A DNA stretch of 64,000 bases from Babesia bigemina (GCF_000981445.1 NC_027216.1:186001-250000), one strand, 5' to 3'; counted from the first letter of the stretch, positions 24,722 through 36,953 are shown. Made by a program: numbers and translations. The notes: generated by a model not told the origin, from the sequence alone.

Positions 24722-27700
24722 ATGAACGGGGGGAATTTCAATTTAAGACTGAATGTCGTCCATCGCATCATCCCTGGAAATGTAGATACTGAGGAAGACG
24801 CCCGTCAGTACGTCGAGAACTTAGCAGGGCCAGGGAATAAGGTAGAGGATCTGCTATCGAGGTCGGAACATATAGAGCAAATTTCGTCGGATTTTATTCA
24901 GCTGTTGGAGTTCGAGAGGAGCTGGACGCCAACAACTGGGGAGGATGCCACCCATGGTAAGCTTCTATACGAGGTTGTGCGCAATGCGCTGGATCGCGAT
25001 AATCAGAGCGCCGCATTGCTGATAAATAGACTATACCTGCGCGGTTTCGCAAAGGAGTTAATTAAATCGGTTTTGTTGTACTACGGAATCAACTCCAGCC
25101 CCAGGCGAAAACTCAGTTGTCGGACGAAGCTCGAAGGCAGGTTAAAGGATGCTAGCTCGACAGTTAGAATATGCAGCGGGGCCCTTCGCTGCATCTCGAA
25201 AACAATTGATGTACAGGGCGAAAGAGGTGCCCGGAGGCTTAGATTCAAAAGCAACCTGGATTATAATGTCGCCGTTGGAGTGACCACGCTGTTCCTAGAT
25301 TCCGCCGTGGTGGTGGACGACGCTGTTAACTATGAAAATGTGTTGCAGCTATTACACCCGCAAAGCCAGGCAGCTGTGCCTATTGAAATGCAGCTGTTCG
25401 TGCTCTATGTGATAGGAGAACGCATAAAAGGCGAAGGTGTCGACGAAGCGTATTCGGATAATGAACTTCCCCAAAATGCCATCAACCCCTCGCCTCAACT
25501 TGAAGGCAACGAAGATGCACAGGAGACTCAAAATGGAACTGATGCAACTGACGGTGGCAACGTGACACATGTGACCGGGAAACTACCACCGCTGTACATT
25601 AAAGGGGAACCGGCCTCGGGTAGTGGTAAGCACGGTACGAGTGCGGGAGAAACCTCACCAACATCAACTGGAGTAACGCTAGGAGCTAAAAAAGATTGCA
25701 TAACATCACAGGAACGTGACCTGCACACTGAGGTGGGACGTAAACTGCTATGGCGTCTCGCTGTTAGGTGGTCGGAGCGCAACGTGAACGCATCAGGACA
25801 GGAAACCGATTACGTATCACTTGCCGCGTGCATAATAAAGCTCTTGGATATCGTATATGCCACGGGCGATAATGTAGTGTATCAGGACTTCGACCGGGTG
25901 GCCATGGCGATCTCCGCCGGTACAAGCGCCAAGCTAAGCACGTTTAACGCAACACAAATGTATGCTGCCATAGAAGTTGCTAAGAAACTGGTTGAAATAA
26001 CCACGCAGATGAACACTTTACTGGGTATAGAGCCAAGCCCGGATCTAGAGTTCACGGGGAGTGAGAACTTGCATGAGAAGCCGTTGGTTTACCTCAAACT
26101 CGCCTGTGCCCCGTTCACGGTGGAGACTTCGGGCAGGCTTTATAGATATAATAGCGCTACAAATGAACTTGAAAATGCTCCGCCAGCAGCACTTTTAGAG
26201 ACAGATACTGGTGACGCCTCTATTCCGAGCAATGATGTCGCGGAACAGGAACACGGGGCTGACATAAGCGGTACAAACATCTCAACAGCTGTGGTATTCC
26301 AGAGACAGAGCATTGACAGGGAAGATTATGCCACAACAGGGTTGACGAATAATGGCGAAGAGCGGGCATATCAACTTACAGCAAACCCGTCGGGCTCGGT
26401 GGGCACGGCAAACGATGGCGGCGAGAACAGCTATGCCAAACGCCACATCGAAGACCTGGTAGACGATATATTTGCAGATGTACCAAGGGCATCTGCGCCT
26501 AAGCTGCGTTTTTTGCCTACTCGAGGTTGGATGGATCCGCCATTGCACATACAGCAGTGTTACGAGCGGTTGAGGAACATCCCCGTGGTTGCTGATGTCC
26601 AGCCCGACAAACTGTTCAATAACGCGCTGAACAAACCCCAAACGTTATCAAACTTGAGACAGAGGATGATGGTGGCGCAAACGTTGTTCTACTTGCCGAT
26701 GATTGTAGATCGTAACGAGCCCATGTTGGAGAAGTACGCGGTGTCCATCTATCAGATGCTTGTCAAAATCGATGATTTTCAGCAGTACAACGACCTGATG
26801 GCCGAACTGATGGGCAAAGGGACGGCATCTCAAACAGTGTTGGGAGAGGGGGGCGACCGTGGCGTTGTGGAACATCACGGTGGACATGCCGACCTACCCA
26901 GACAAGTGGCTGAAAAACAGGCCATTTTGTCCATGATTAGCATTGCAGCGCTCAAACCAATCAAGATATGTGAATTCGTATGCAAGGCAGTTGCCGACAC
27001 TGAATACACCGTGACCGAAAAGGTCAAAATGCTCCTGAGCATGCAGAAGGCGATACTTACCATCAGTGGCAAAGCGTCTGAGGAACTCGAACAACCATCT
27101 GGAAGCTCTGTTAATAACATTTCAAAACGCTCGGACGTTGACATCGAGGGAGGACGTAACATTCCACTCATTGCGTTTCGAGCATTGAGAAGAAACGTGG
27201 TTCGTCGCCCACCGTTGACCGAAGTAAGCACAAGGAGTGCCATGCCTGGAAGTAGTAGTGGATCTACGACTAACAATGAGGATGTAGACGAAATTGCGAT
27301 AGGTGGAAATGTGGGAGCAGCAACTCATCCAATCGTGCCAACGCTCGCTGCTAATCACAATGATGAGTCCGCTTTAGATGTTGAGTCCGGAACTGGAGCT
27401 GATGCCAACGGATCTGCAGAGTCGTGTCTACCAACTGCTTCACGGCTCGATGAAGTGAACTGTAACGTGAAAACGTCTGGCTCAAAGCAGCAAGCGGGGC
27501 TTTCGCAGGGGTCTCAATCTCGGATTTTATCTGGTGAACCATCATCCAAGGACCCGCATGCGTCACATCCTGCATCGGCAACGATATGTGAAGATGGAGT
27601 CAGGCCTGGAATGGCACGAACAGCAACGTCTAATATACAAAAAATAATAAGTGGGGATCGTGGCGACAGTCGAACACATGAACATATGGATGCAGTGTCG

Positions 27701-28294
27701 CCTGAGTTCATTTCGACGGCCCAGACCAGCACTTGTGCTGGTGGTAGACCCTCCTCTGACTCATCCGTGTTACAGGGTATGCTAAACATAACGAATGGGG
27801 AATCTCATTCAACAGGAATACGCGGCAGATCGATCGCACTGAATGCGAAGAAACCACATATACTTATCACTCCAAGGGAGTTGAATGTACAGCCTAGTAT
27901 TACGGCGGAGAATGACAAGAGTACAACCCGGGGCAGTGCAGCATCAAATCAGCGTAAGTTTGACGAAAACGAGTTAGCAGCTATCGCGAACGTCTCGACG
28001 TCGCTGATTATGCAAACAATTCAAAAGCACATGAAATCCGGTGTAGCTGTACTAAGTGCGGGACCGGAGCATGCAGTCACCGTGTCATTGCTCGATACAC
28101 TCCACACATGTTTGAGGTATTGTGGAGGGTCTCTGTCGCCGATTGTTATACACGACTGCGCCCTCATGATTGGACAGAATCACTACCGATCATCTAGCCA
28201 CGATGTGGTAGCTTCGGTTTTGCGCATCGCAGGTGTTATGCACGAACTTTTGCAAGATCGATGCAACGCAGCATTACGTCGCCTATCACATTGA
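24722..28294 (+). CDS. Tel2/TELO2-like telomere length regulation (TTT complex) protein
   Basis: 1190-aa ORF. The segment PPLHIQQCYERL..LPMIVDRN..YAVSIYQMLVKI..SMISIAALKP..YTVTEKVKMLLSM resembles the Tel2 conserved domain by eye. Confidence 0.55.
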   Translation: MNGGNFNLRLNVVHRIIPGNVDTEEDARQYVENLAGPGNKVEDLLSRSEHIEQISSDFIQLLEFERSWTPTTGEDATHGKLLYEVVRNALDRDNQSAALLINRLYLRGFAKELIKSVLLYYGINSSPRRKLSCRTKLEGRLKDASSTVRICSGALRCISKTIDVQGERGARRLRFKSNLDYNVAVGVTTLFLDSAVVVDDAVNYENVLQLLHPQSQAAVPIEMQLFVLYVIGERIKGEGVDEAYSDNELPQNAINPSPQLEGNEDAQETQNGTDATDGGNVTHVTGKLPPLYIKGEPASGSGKHGTSAGETSPTSTGVTLGAKKDCITSQERDLHTEVGRKLLWRLAVRWSERNVNASGQETDYVSLAACIIKLLDIVYATGDNVVYQDFDRVAMAISAGTSAKLSTFNATQMYAAIEVAKKLVEITTQMNTLLGIEPSPDLEFTGSENLHEKPLVYLKLACAPFTVETSGRLYRYNSATNELENAPPAALLETDTGDASIPSNDVAEQEHGADISGTNISTAVVFQRQSIDREDYATTGLTNNGEERAYQLTANPSGSVGTANDGGENSYAKRHIEDLVDDIFADVPRASAPKLRFLPTRGWMDPPLHIQQCYERLRNIPVVADVQPDKLFNNALNKPQTLSNLRQRMMVAQTLFYLPMIVDRNEPMLEKYAVSIYQMLVKIDDFQQYNDLMAELMGKGTASQTVLGEGGDRGVVEHHGGHADLPRQVAEKQAILSMISIAALKPIKICEFVCKAVADTEYTVTEKVKMLLSMQKAILTISGKASEELEQPSGSSVNNISKRSDVDIEGGRNIPLIAFRALRRNVVRRPPLTEVSTRSAMPGSSSGSTTNNEDVDEIAIGGNVGAATHPIVPTLAANHNDESALDVESGTGADANGSAESCLPTASRLDEVNCNVKTSGSKQQAGLSQGSQSRILSGEPSSKDPHASHPASATICEDGVRPGMARTATSNIQKIISGDRGDSRTHEHMDAVSPEFISTAQTSTCAGGRPSSDSSVLQGMLNITNGESHSTGIRGRSIALNAKKPHILITPRELNVQPSITAENDKSTTRGSAASNQRKFDENELAAIANVSTSLIMQTIQKHMKSGVAVLSAGPEHAVTVSLLDTLHTCLRYCGGSLSPIVIHDCALMIGQNHYRSSSHDVVASVLRIAGVMHELLQDRCNAALRRLSH

Positions 28295-28315
28295 AACCAG
28301 CAGCATGCATGGAAA

Positions 28316-29090
28316 TTATGCTGAAATCAGTATAGGCAAGTGTTTAAGTACCGCCAAGCAGTGTAAAAATGGCGATTTAGAATCCATGCTTTTCAAGGCA
28401 GGGAAAACACATCGGCAATTGAATCCATGCAGTATCACCTTAATCAATAGCCAATATTATACCATCTATTTGGGTTATGTTCGAAATGAAACAGCCATTC
28501 ATTACAGGTTAGCAATCTACGAATATTATGATGAATTATGGTCAAGTCAATTCGGATCCGCACATCTTTACATTAATACATACTCTCTGATATCCCGCAG
28601 ATTTACAATTATCCGGCATAAGGTCTTCATCTGGCTGGCAGCGTATGCCAGCCTGCCAATCGTCCATTGAAATATAGACTGAGCATTCGTATACTTCTCC
28701 TATGCCGTTGCCCATGGTCACATTCGAGCAATATTGTGTGTTCATTTCCGGATAAAAGACGCTTGATGCCCCTCGGTCGCAACCTACAATGTAATACTGA
28801 TGCGTAAACGCAAAGGAGACGTCGACGACGGCCCGAATCTTATCAAACTCATAACCCTTTATTGCCTTCAATGTCCAATGATAAAAGAACGAATTCAATC
28901 CCCCGATTAACGCCAGCGGCGTGTTCTCCTGATACTTCAGCTTCACCACTCCTTGGGACATACGGGAAACATCCAATTCGAGCGCATCGCCAGCAATGGT
29001 ATTACGGTACATGACTTCGCCATAAGTATTACCATAAATTCGCGTTAGCTGCCGAAACACCGTCAACGTCTTCGGACGAAACTTAGTTGC
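28316..29090 (-). CDS. 6-Cys (s48/45) domain-like gene, partial or degenerate; exon structure uncertain
   Basis: ORF 28542-29066 has IVGCD..ECSV..AGIRCQPDEDLMPDNC followed by a gtatgt donor. A downstream frame (about 28316-28440) has GFNCRC, matching the s48/45 terminal FxCxC. Confidence 0.5.
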
Positions 29091-30088
29091 GAATAAATAG
29101 CGTCTTTTTCACATTCAGTGTTGGCTTCGCCGCATCAGTGGCAGGAGCGTGGCTTTGTTTGGCGTTCACTGAAGCATTTAAAGTGTGCAGCTCCAATGCT
29201 ATAAACGCGTTAATATGCCATGCGAAAGTAATGGAAGCAACCGTGCAGGTGCATGGAAGCGCGGAAGGCATTGCGATTCTTGGACAGGGTTGGGTTGCTC
29301 ATTTCCGTCTTTCCTCGTGGGTCGCGCTGCAATCATTCGTTGTTTGATTACGGCGCGAGATGATAGTGGAATGTATCATTTCATCCGTGTTTGGTTAGAT
29401 CCCCCTGAGACGGTGCATAGCTCCGTGCAAGACATTGCATGACCCCTGAGTGGACCTAACGAGCAACACTGTTTAATGTTAAATTATCCGTTTATCTATT
29501 GCTGCAGTGACTTAGTTGCCATTCACCGGTGTAGGCCAATGGTAACAGAGGAATGAGACCCAGTTGGCGAATTTGGGTGTTGGCTCATCCGCCGGGTGAG
29601 TGGGTGGTTAGATGAGGTGAATTGGCGTACACGTGTCACCCTATAAGTATTGGACCTTGTCTGGGTGTACTCATCAGCCACAAACACTTATGTTCAAGCC
29701 TTTGGTAAGACTTGAAATCGTAACCCCAGACTGCACCCCAGCAGAGCCTTTGAGGGGCGCCACGCAAACATGGCTACCCACTTATTAGTTACCCCGCAGG
29801 AGTTGCAACGAGCGTGCACACAATACAATCCTACGTGAAGCCTTGACATTCCTCTCGCTTCAAATACAGGTGAGTCAATTTTAATACTTATTATGCTGGA
29901 GCACTAACTAGACGATACATCTGTTGTTAGAGGTGAATACGGCGTGCTTTTGAGGGCGGCGAGCTTCAGGAACACGTTTAGAGAGCACACGTCGACGACA
30001 GTCTGTCTTTAGTTTGAACAAAACCATTTAGCTATACATCCGTGGCCAATTATTTCGCATCACTACGTTTGAATCGATTGCGTGCGAG

Positions 30089-31697
30089 ATGGCGGATTCA
30101 ACTGGAGAAGACAAGCCAACCCACCTGCCAACGACTATTTCTATCGGTAAGGGTGAGGAAGGAAATGAAGGTATCTGTGGGACCTGTAAGGGTAGCACAA
30201 ATATAGAAAATAAGGGCGCTAATGTCGGCAACATGGGCTCACAAGTAGCTGGTGCAGGCGGCATACCCGCGTCACAAGCAGCGGGTGCAAGCGGCATACT
30301 CGCGCCACCATCAGCTGGTGCAGGCGGCACACTCGCGTCACTAGCAGCGGGTATAAGAGACATACTCGCGTCACAAGAAGCGGGTATAAGAGACATACTC
30401 GCGTCACAAGAAGCGGGTATAAGAGACATATTCGCGTCACTAGCAGCGGCAACAAGCGGCATACTCGCGTCACAAGCAGCGGCAACAAGCGGCTCACTCG
30501 CGCCACCATCAGCTGGTGCAGGCGGCATACCCGCGTCACAAGCAGCGGGTGCAAGCGGCACACTCGCGCCACAAGCAGCGTATGAAGGCCGCGTATTCCC
30601 GTCACAAGAAGCGGCTATAAGAGACATACTCGCGTCAAAAGGAGCGGCAACAAGCGGCACACTCGCGCCACAAGCAGCGTATGAAGGCCACCGATTCTCG
30701 TCACAAGAAGCGGGTATAAGAGACATACTCGCGTCACAAGCAGCGGCAACAAGCGGCATACTCGCGTCACAAGCAACGGGTGCAAGCGGCATACTCGCGC
30801 CACCATCAGCTGGTGCAGGCGGCATACTCGCGTCACAAGCAGCGGGTGCAAGCGGCATACTCGCGCCACCATCAGCTGGTGCAGGCGGCATACCCGCGTC
30901 ACAAGCAACGGGTGCAAGCGGCATACTCGCGCCACCATCAGCTGGTGCAGGCGGCATACACGCGTCACAAGAAGCGGGTATAAGAGACATACTCGCGTCA
31001 CTAGCAGCGGGTATAAGAGACATACTCGCGTCACAAGAAGAGGTTATAAGCGACATACTCGCGTCACAAGAAGCGGGTATAAGAGACATACTCGCGTCAC
31101 AAGCAATGACTATAGGCACCTTACTCGCGACACAAGCAATGACTATAGGCACCTTACTCGCGACACAAGCAGTGGTTATACGCGACATACTCGCGTGACA
31201 AGAAACGGTTATAAGAGAGATACTCGCATCAGAAGAAGCTGGTAGAGGTGGAGGAAAAGATGATTCACGGGCAGCGGGTAGCGGCGCCGGCAAAGATGAT
31301 TCAGAAGCAGGATATAAGGATAAATGTCGTAAGGCTTGGCGTGGTGTCTGTATGCGTATAAAGAAACGTTTCCGTCTTGGTAGTGACTATGACCGCAACC
31401 CTAGCAGCACTTCTGAGAGTCGCGGCAAATGAAATATGGAACAGGTTATCATTGACACTGCCAAATATGCCGAAGACATAAGCACTTTTGTCAAGCACAT
31501 TGCGGAGAATCTAGACCGGCTGATTCATTTTGGACCTCCCCCCCCAAAAGCACCATTCAGAACGTGACAAAAACGACAATGCGCGTGAAGACGTGGAACA
31601 GAGTTCAAACGACACGTTTAGTGCAGGCAGTGAGGATGGTACAGAGGATCTTCCGCCTGAAGAAGACCATAATTCTGAGAGTGAAGGAGGCTTGTAA
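30089..31697 (+). pseudogene. Repeat-rich, antigen-like gene disrupted by in-frame stops and a probable frameshift
   Basis: ORF 30089-31198 ends at a TGA that is TCA in most other repeat copies. The same frame stays open to a TGA at 31430-31432 and continues past it. A shift in the C8 run (31538-31545) leads to an acidic tail ending TAA at 31697. Confidence 0.5.
30237..31240. repeat. Tandem array of ~30 degenerate 30/33-bp units (core catactcgcgtcacaag)
   Basis: Directly visible. Unit variants: gcgggtataagagacatactcgcgtcacaagaa, gcgggtgcaagcggcatactcgcgccaccatca, gctggtgcaggcggcatacccgcgtcacaa. Confidence 0.95.
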
Positions 31698-33357
31698 ATA
31701 GCTCTTTGTACCCGCGGGAATCGCCACGTGAAGGTGACAGCGTGGGCACGAAATATGCGACAGGCTGGATGAAGAAAAGACGGGGACGACGTTCACGCAG
31801 TGCTTCCTACCCTCCTTGTGCACTTCACCCTTGCTGTACACGCTTACATCCAGTAATAACACGCGCATATCACCTAAGCAGCAACTAGAAAGTAATGTAA
31901 TTCACGAATGCGTTAGTTGATTTGTTTATGCTCTGGTCTGGCGATCGCTAAAGTCGGCAGCATGACAACGCCTTGTAAGATTCGGTGACGTGTCCGCTAG
32001 ATGAATGCGTGGCATTGTAGTAACTTGGCGGGTAGATGAGATGAACCGTTTTCATGTTATCAGATGGAGGGAGTCTCGCATCGGAACAAGCAAGGGCGGC
32101 ATCGGGGTAATAAAAGCTATTTCTGTGTTCTGCGTCGAAGGCAAAATCGCCAACATTTTGTTAAATGTGTCATGGTTGATAACGTGAAGCATTTTAGCTG
32201 CGTAGTGTCGTACCTCTGCCAGTGGATGATCCGGGAAACGGCCAAGGTGGTGAGATTTTTGGTGATTTCGGTGTCATTATGAGGATTGGATACATACTTA
32301 CATAATTCCCTTAAATGAACAATAATATGCTCAATAATGTTTTAAATCTACCGATTTTGGGTCTCACTTCCTACATATTCAAAACATCTGGCCATCCACC
32401 CATCGCAATTCAATTATATCTTTAGATTTCTCAATCACGAACAACTTTCTTATTCTACACGCTGATGTCGTATATATTGATGATGTTGACATGGAAATAT
32501 GCATTCTGACATAAAGCCTCACAACGTACCCTATAATGAGATGCGTCTTGCAGGACGTGCTCCATCGTTTTCGGCATGGCTCCGAATCCTACAACTTACG
32601 CTATTTTCGCAATATGCAACAATCAACCATGAGGCTTTCAAGTTTTGGTTTTTACTGCCCCATCATACTGTAAGGACTCCGGTGACACAACTCCTAAGAA
32701 ACAGCACTTCGGAATATCCGGTATTCTACAATGCAGCACAACATAACGTCCTATGGAGGCATTTGTGGACATATAAGTAATAGAGAGAGCGAATATTCCA
32801 TGAGCGCCTGACTGATGGGCTAGCGTGGCTAACCGCTCACGCAGTTAATTATTAACGTCAGTGCCGTTTCTGATCTGCCATACGGTTACAAAACTTGTTA
32901 TGCGTGCATGAATATAAATAGTGTTTGCGAAACCTTCGCCGTGTGATTAACATATTCAATTGCTGCATCCGACCTTCATCGCTCAGTGCACGGTAGGCAA
33001 CACGGATATGATGCAACGTATTTCGACAGTACGGTGTTCATTAATCCCATAGGCATTGACACTAGTTATAAAAACTATGACAACACAAGACAATTTTGTT
33101 CAATTGGCAACCGCAGTCATTGTTTGACAGCCGACTACGATGCTGGCCACTCATGAGAAATAATCAGTGGAAAAAATAGATTCGTGACCTTAGAGTTGTC
33201 ATTTTCCATCTACTCATTATTTGGAGTAGTGATTCTCAATCTGTTTGATCGAGCGATGATACCCATGATGGTGATGCAGAGGGACTCCTTGCAACGTGGC
33301 GCAAAACTCAGAGCCTCACATCAGGTTTCGTTAGACTTAAGGTTGTATCGCTGCTAT

Positions 33358-34605
33358 CTATAAATCACCGAAGAATCCTGATTCCAGTTCTTCACCCTCA
33401 ATCAGGGCGGACACGACATCGGTCGGCACGATGCAGATGTTCTCGATATTCGCTACGAACGCTGCATGTTTTACACCAATAGGGGATAAGTTATCTTACC
33501 CAAATGACTCTTGTCTCTATTAATGCACAACGAGTCGGTGCTTGATATGTCGAGCCCAAGCCTGTGGATGCTGTCGATGGTACCTGGATAACGCGCATGA
33601 GCGTTTGTAAAATCACAACGTACCAAGCGCGGAATTTGGGTGAATGGAAACCACATGCACCTTTCCATCATCACCGCCAACCAGCACGGTATCTTCATCG
33701 AAGGCAACTACGGTCTCGACGCTATTGGCGTGCACCGTCATGCGATCGTCGAGGTCGCCCCAACGGCCGTAGGAGAATATGCATAGGTGGCCTGTGTTAC
33801 TCCCGCACACCACTTTACGCGTACCCTTAGCGTAAGTCATACACTGCATCTCATCTTCGACATTGTCCGACATTCCCTGCAGTGAGACTTTGCCGTTTTT
33901 CAAGTCGAAGCACCCCAGCTGGTCGTCGCACAGCGCAAGCAGCTCCTTAGACTCCTTGCCCAATAGCATGGCTGTAAGCGACTGAGGGCGCTACTAACAC
34001 AAAACACTCACCGTTTACTGAGTCCCCGAACTCGGAGACTTTCGACCGGCAGGCGGCCTTTGCCAGCCGAGTGTCCCACACCTGACGATAATGACGTTGC
34101 CGTGAGATTGTGCAGTACCCTAATCTCCCCGTCGTCATCACCAGTTGCGATTGTGTTGTTGTCCAGAATACAGAAGGTACTAATGCCAGCTCTGAACACG
34201 CCAATCTCGGAAAGGGCGAACGTTAACGCACCTGTGGCCGCGGCCGTACCACTTCACAGTGCTGCCTTCCACATCGAGCAGCGACACCCGCTTGTCAGCA
34301 GCCACGGCAATGAGATCTGAACGTCAAATGACTACGACTAGGCTACCAACCTCGACCGTTCTTAGAAAAAGTGGCCTTCCTGATGGACTTGGTATGTGCA
34401 GTCTGGTTAGACCATGACTCCTGCAATTCAGAGCCGTCCTTGTTCAAATTATACCTAACGCACGCGATCAGCTATCTGTTGAAGCGTGAACTAACAACAC
34501 TAGAGCGCCAGAGATCGTTGCTGCGAGCAGCAAGTCCCTTGTGCCGTGGAAGTCAAGCGAGTTTACGTAAAACTCGTTGGAAATGTAAAAACCATTGGTG
34601 TGCAT
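33358..34605 (-). CDS. WD40-repeat protein, WDR55/Jip5-like, multi-exon
   Basis: LDFHGTRDLLLAATISG, HTKSIRKATF, ATGDDDGEIR, GDLDDRM, VGGDDGKVHVVSIHPN, and C-terminal GFFGDL* typical of WDR55. Confidence 0.75.
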
Positions 34606-34639
34606 TTTATGGTTTTAGTTTTAAGTCAGTAGACGTGTT

Positions 34640-35718
34640 TCAGTGCCACTTCAAATCGCCCTTCGGCACGTTGCCGATAGTGCCGTCCTGCGACATGTGT
34701 AGGCGTCGTTGCTCAAACGTACCAGACGGCGTGCCATGCAATTACCGATGGATTTCATCAGCTGCGTCGCATCGTTGTCTTCTCCTAAGTTCTGGAACCA
34801 GACTTCGATACGCACCACCGGGAAGCGCGTTGCCAGCTTGTCCACCTGGCGCAGTCTGAGGGCGGGGAGCATAAACCTACCAGACGCACGCCGTTTATCA
34901 GATGCGCATGGGGCATATCGCCACCTATCAAACCCAGGATGATGTTATTCCAGAACTCGTCGACGACAAATTGGCCCACCTCGCCGGGCTTGAAGCGGTA
35001 GTCGAAGTGGCCGCCATCCTTGTTCATGGTGTCCTCCCACATGGGCTCGATGCCATCCCTAACACGTCAGTTAGCCGCGTCACGAGACAATATATGGGCG
35101 CCGAGGCAGGTGGGCACAAACGAGTCCAGGGATATCCGACACACCGTCCTCCACGGTTAGACAGCAGCACAACACAACTGCACTGGACGTCCCTGCCTCG
35201 CGCACGCCGCGACAAGCGCAGCTAACCCAAACCCTGGCGACGGGCATAGATAGGCACCCTACCTGAATATCATAATGGCGTCCACAATGTGCTGGGAGCC
35301 GTCGGTGCACTCCCTGTAAAGGCGCTGTGACGTGGAGAGCTCGCTGGGTTGCGGGATGCTGAACCACAGGTTCCAGAAACTCTGCGAAAAGTGGTAGGAG
35401 GCGGCCGTAACCGTGACCCAACCTGTACTGAGTCGAACGACACCAGGGGCCTGGTGTGGCACTTGTAGTCCGTGTTGTGGCGCTGGTCGTGGTTCTTTAC
35501 GATCTGCTCCCAAATGACCCATTTGTTCTTCAAAGGCAGCGGAGCCGTGACATCGATGTTGCACTGCGCGGCGTAAGTAGGGCGGGGCGAAAACGTACGG
35601 TTTCAAATAGGTTCGACAAGCGATGGTAGTCATCGAACCTCTTATTAAACGTCAGGTGAGGGTAGGCTCCGTCGCCTTCAGGCGCGTCGCCGGACACAGA
35701 GGCGGCTATCTCGGCCAT
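34640..35718 (-). CDS. eIF4E: Eukaryotic translation initiation factor 4E family protein, multi-exon
   Basis: LPLKNKWVIWEQ, FDSVQ/FWNLW, PMWEDTMNKDGG, FWNNIILGLIG, INGVRL, RIEVW. The last exon ends KWH* at 34640. Confidence 0.88.
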
Positions 35719-36042
35719 AGTCGAGTCGTATGCTTGGTATTTTCAAATGTGCGAAGAGGACAGTGTGAGCGAGCGCCAGACCTGAAACGCGCTGGTCGTA
35801 ATGTCCCCAGCGCCGCCGTGCCGATAAAACAGCAAATTAAAATTGTCTCTCTTGAAATACTCTTTATGAACCGTGACAGTGGAGCTCCCTTAGGCCGGCA
35901 CGGTTCGGAGGAGGACCCCCATCCAATGAAGCAGTGACGGGTACGGAGCGGCAGATTTATAGAATGACACATTAAAATACACAGTTTACGTGACTATTTT
36001 CGGTCAGATTTCGAATCGCTTCCCGATATACGCAGCGTAAAG

Positions 36043-36952
36043 CTACGCTGGATTCGCTTCGTCCTGGGCATCCGCTGATGTGTCAGGTTTCGCGTCGGTT
36101 TTCGCCTCTGCGGGAGGCGCCTTTTGTTTTTTCTTGCGATTGTAGAAGGGTACTGGCGGCTTAACCTCTTTTGGGGTGTCCGTGACGTTGTCTCGCAGGC
36201 TTTCGAAACGCTCCGTGCCGAGCAGCTCTTGCAAGCGGGACAGGGTGGGCTCCGTCGCTAGGTCGAACGGAAGCTTTCCCTTCGCGTTGTGTTTTTGCAC
36301 GGCGCCTGCGAGCAGCGTTTGAATCGGAGGAAGACAGCCCATAACGTACCGCGTTCGATGAGTTCCGCGGCGAGCTCGGCGTAACCTTTAGACAGCGCGA
36401 GATGCAGCTGAAACGGATGACACGGCACCTCGCAACCTTACAGGTGTCATCCAGGCCGTAGACGTTTTAGGGTTGACACGTGCGCCTGCTCGCAATAGCT
36501 GAATAGGCTGTAAGGCTGCACATGATCCGCGTACCTCGCGAACGACCTCGTGGTGCCCGTTTTGCGATGCAAAGTGCAGAGCCGTGGTGGAATCCCGCGC
36601 GTTGGCCTGCGCCGAGGCGCCGTAGCGCAGCAGCAGTCGGACGCAAGCGACGCGGCCTGCCTCGTGTGTGACGCCGACGGCCTACCTACCCTTATGGGCT
36701 GCCAGATGCAGCGCCGTCCTAACGAGGAGTGAAATTTAGTTTACGATAATTACGACAATGGCAGTCTACGCCAAATAACGGCGCTAGATTCACATGTACT
36801 TACCTTCCGTGCGAATCGCGCTTGTCTACGAAGTCCGGAAGCAGCACCGTCGCGTAGGGGTCGGAGCGGCGCCGTATGCGAAGCGCGCCCTCGAGCACGC
36901 GCTCCAGGCCGTTATGGTTGTCGGATTGCACGAGGTTGTGCAAAGCGGACAT
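36043..36952 (-). CDS. Small ankyrin-repeat protein, multi-exon
   Basis: Exons give DKRDSHG-RTALHLAAHKG, STALHFA, TPLHLALSKGY, NAKGKLPFDLA. Donor gtaagt near 36803. Confidence 0.75.
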
Positions 36953-36953
36953 T

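Noticed and set aside
30237..31240. Repeat array as a CRISPR array
   Set aside because: Units are contiguous, codon-phased and degenerate with no unique spacers. There are no cas genes and the context is eukaryotic.
31700..33300. Short ORFs or a mobile-element remnant in the AT-rich spacer
   Set aside because: No transposase or RT motifs, no terminal repeats, and no coherent exon chain found.
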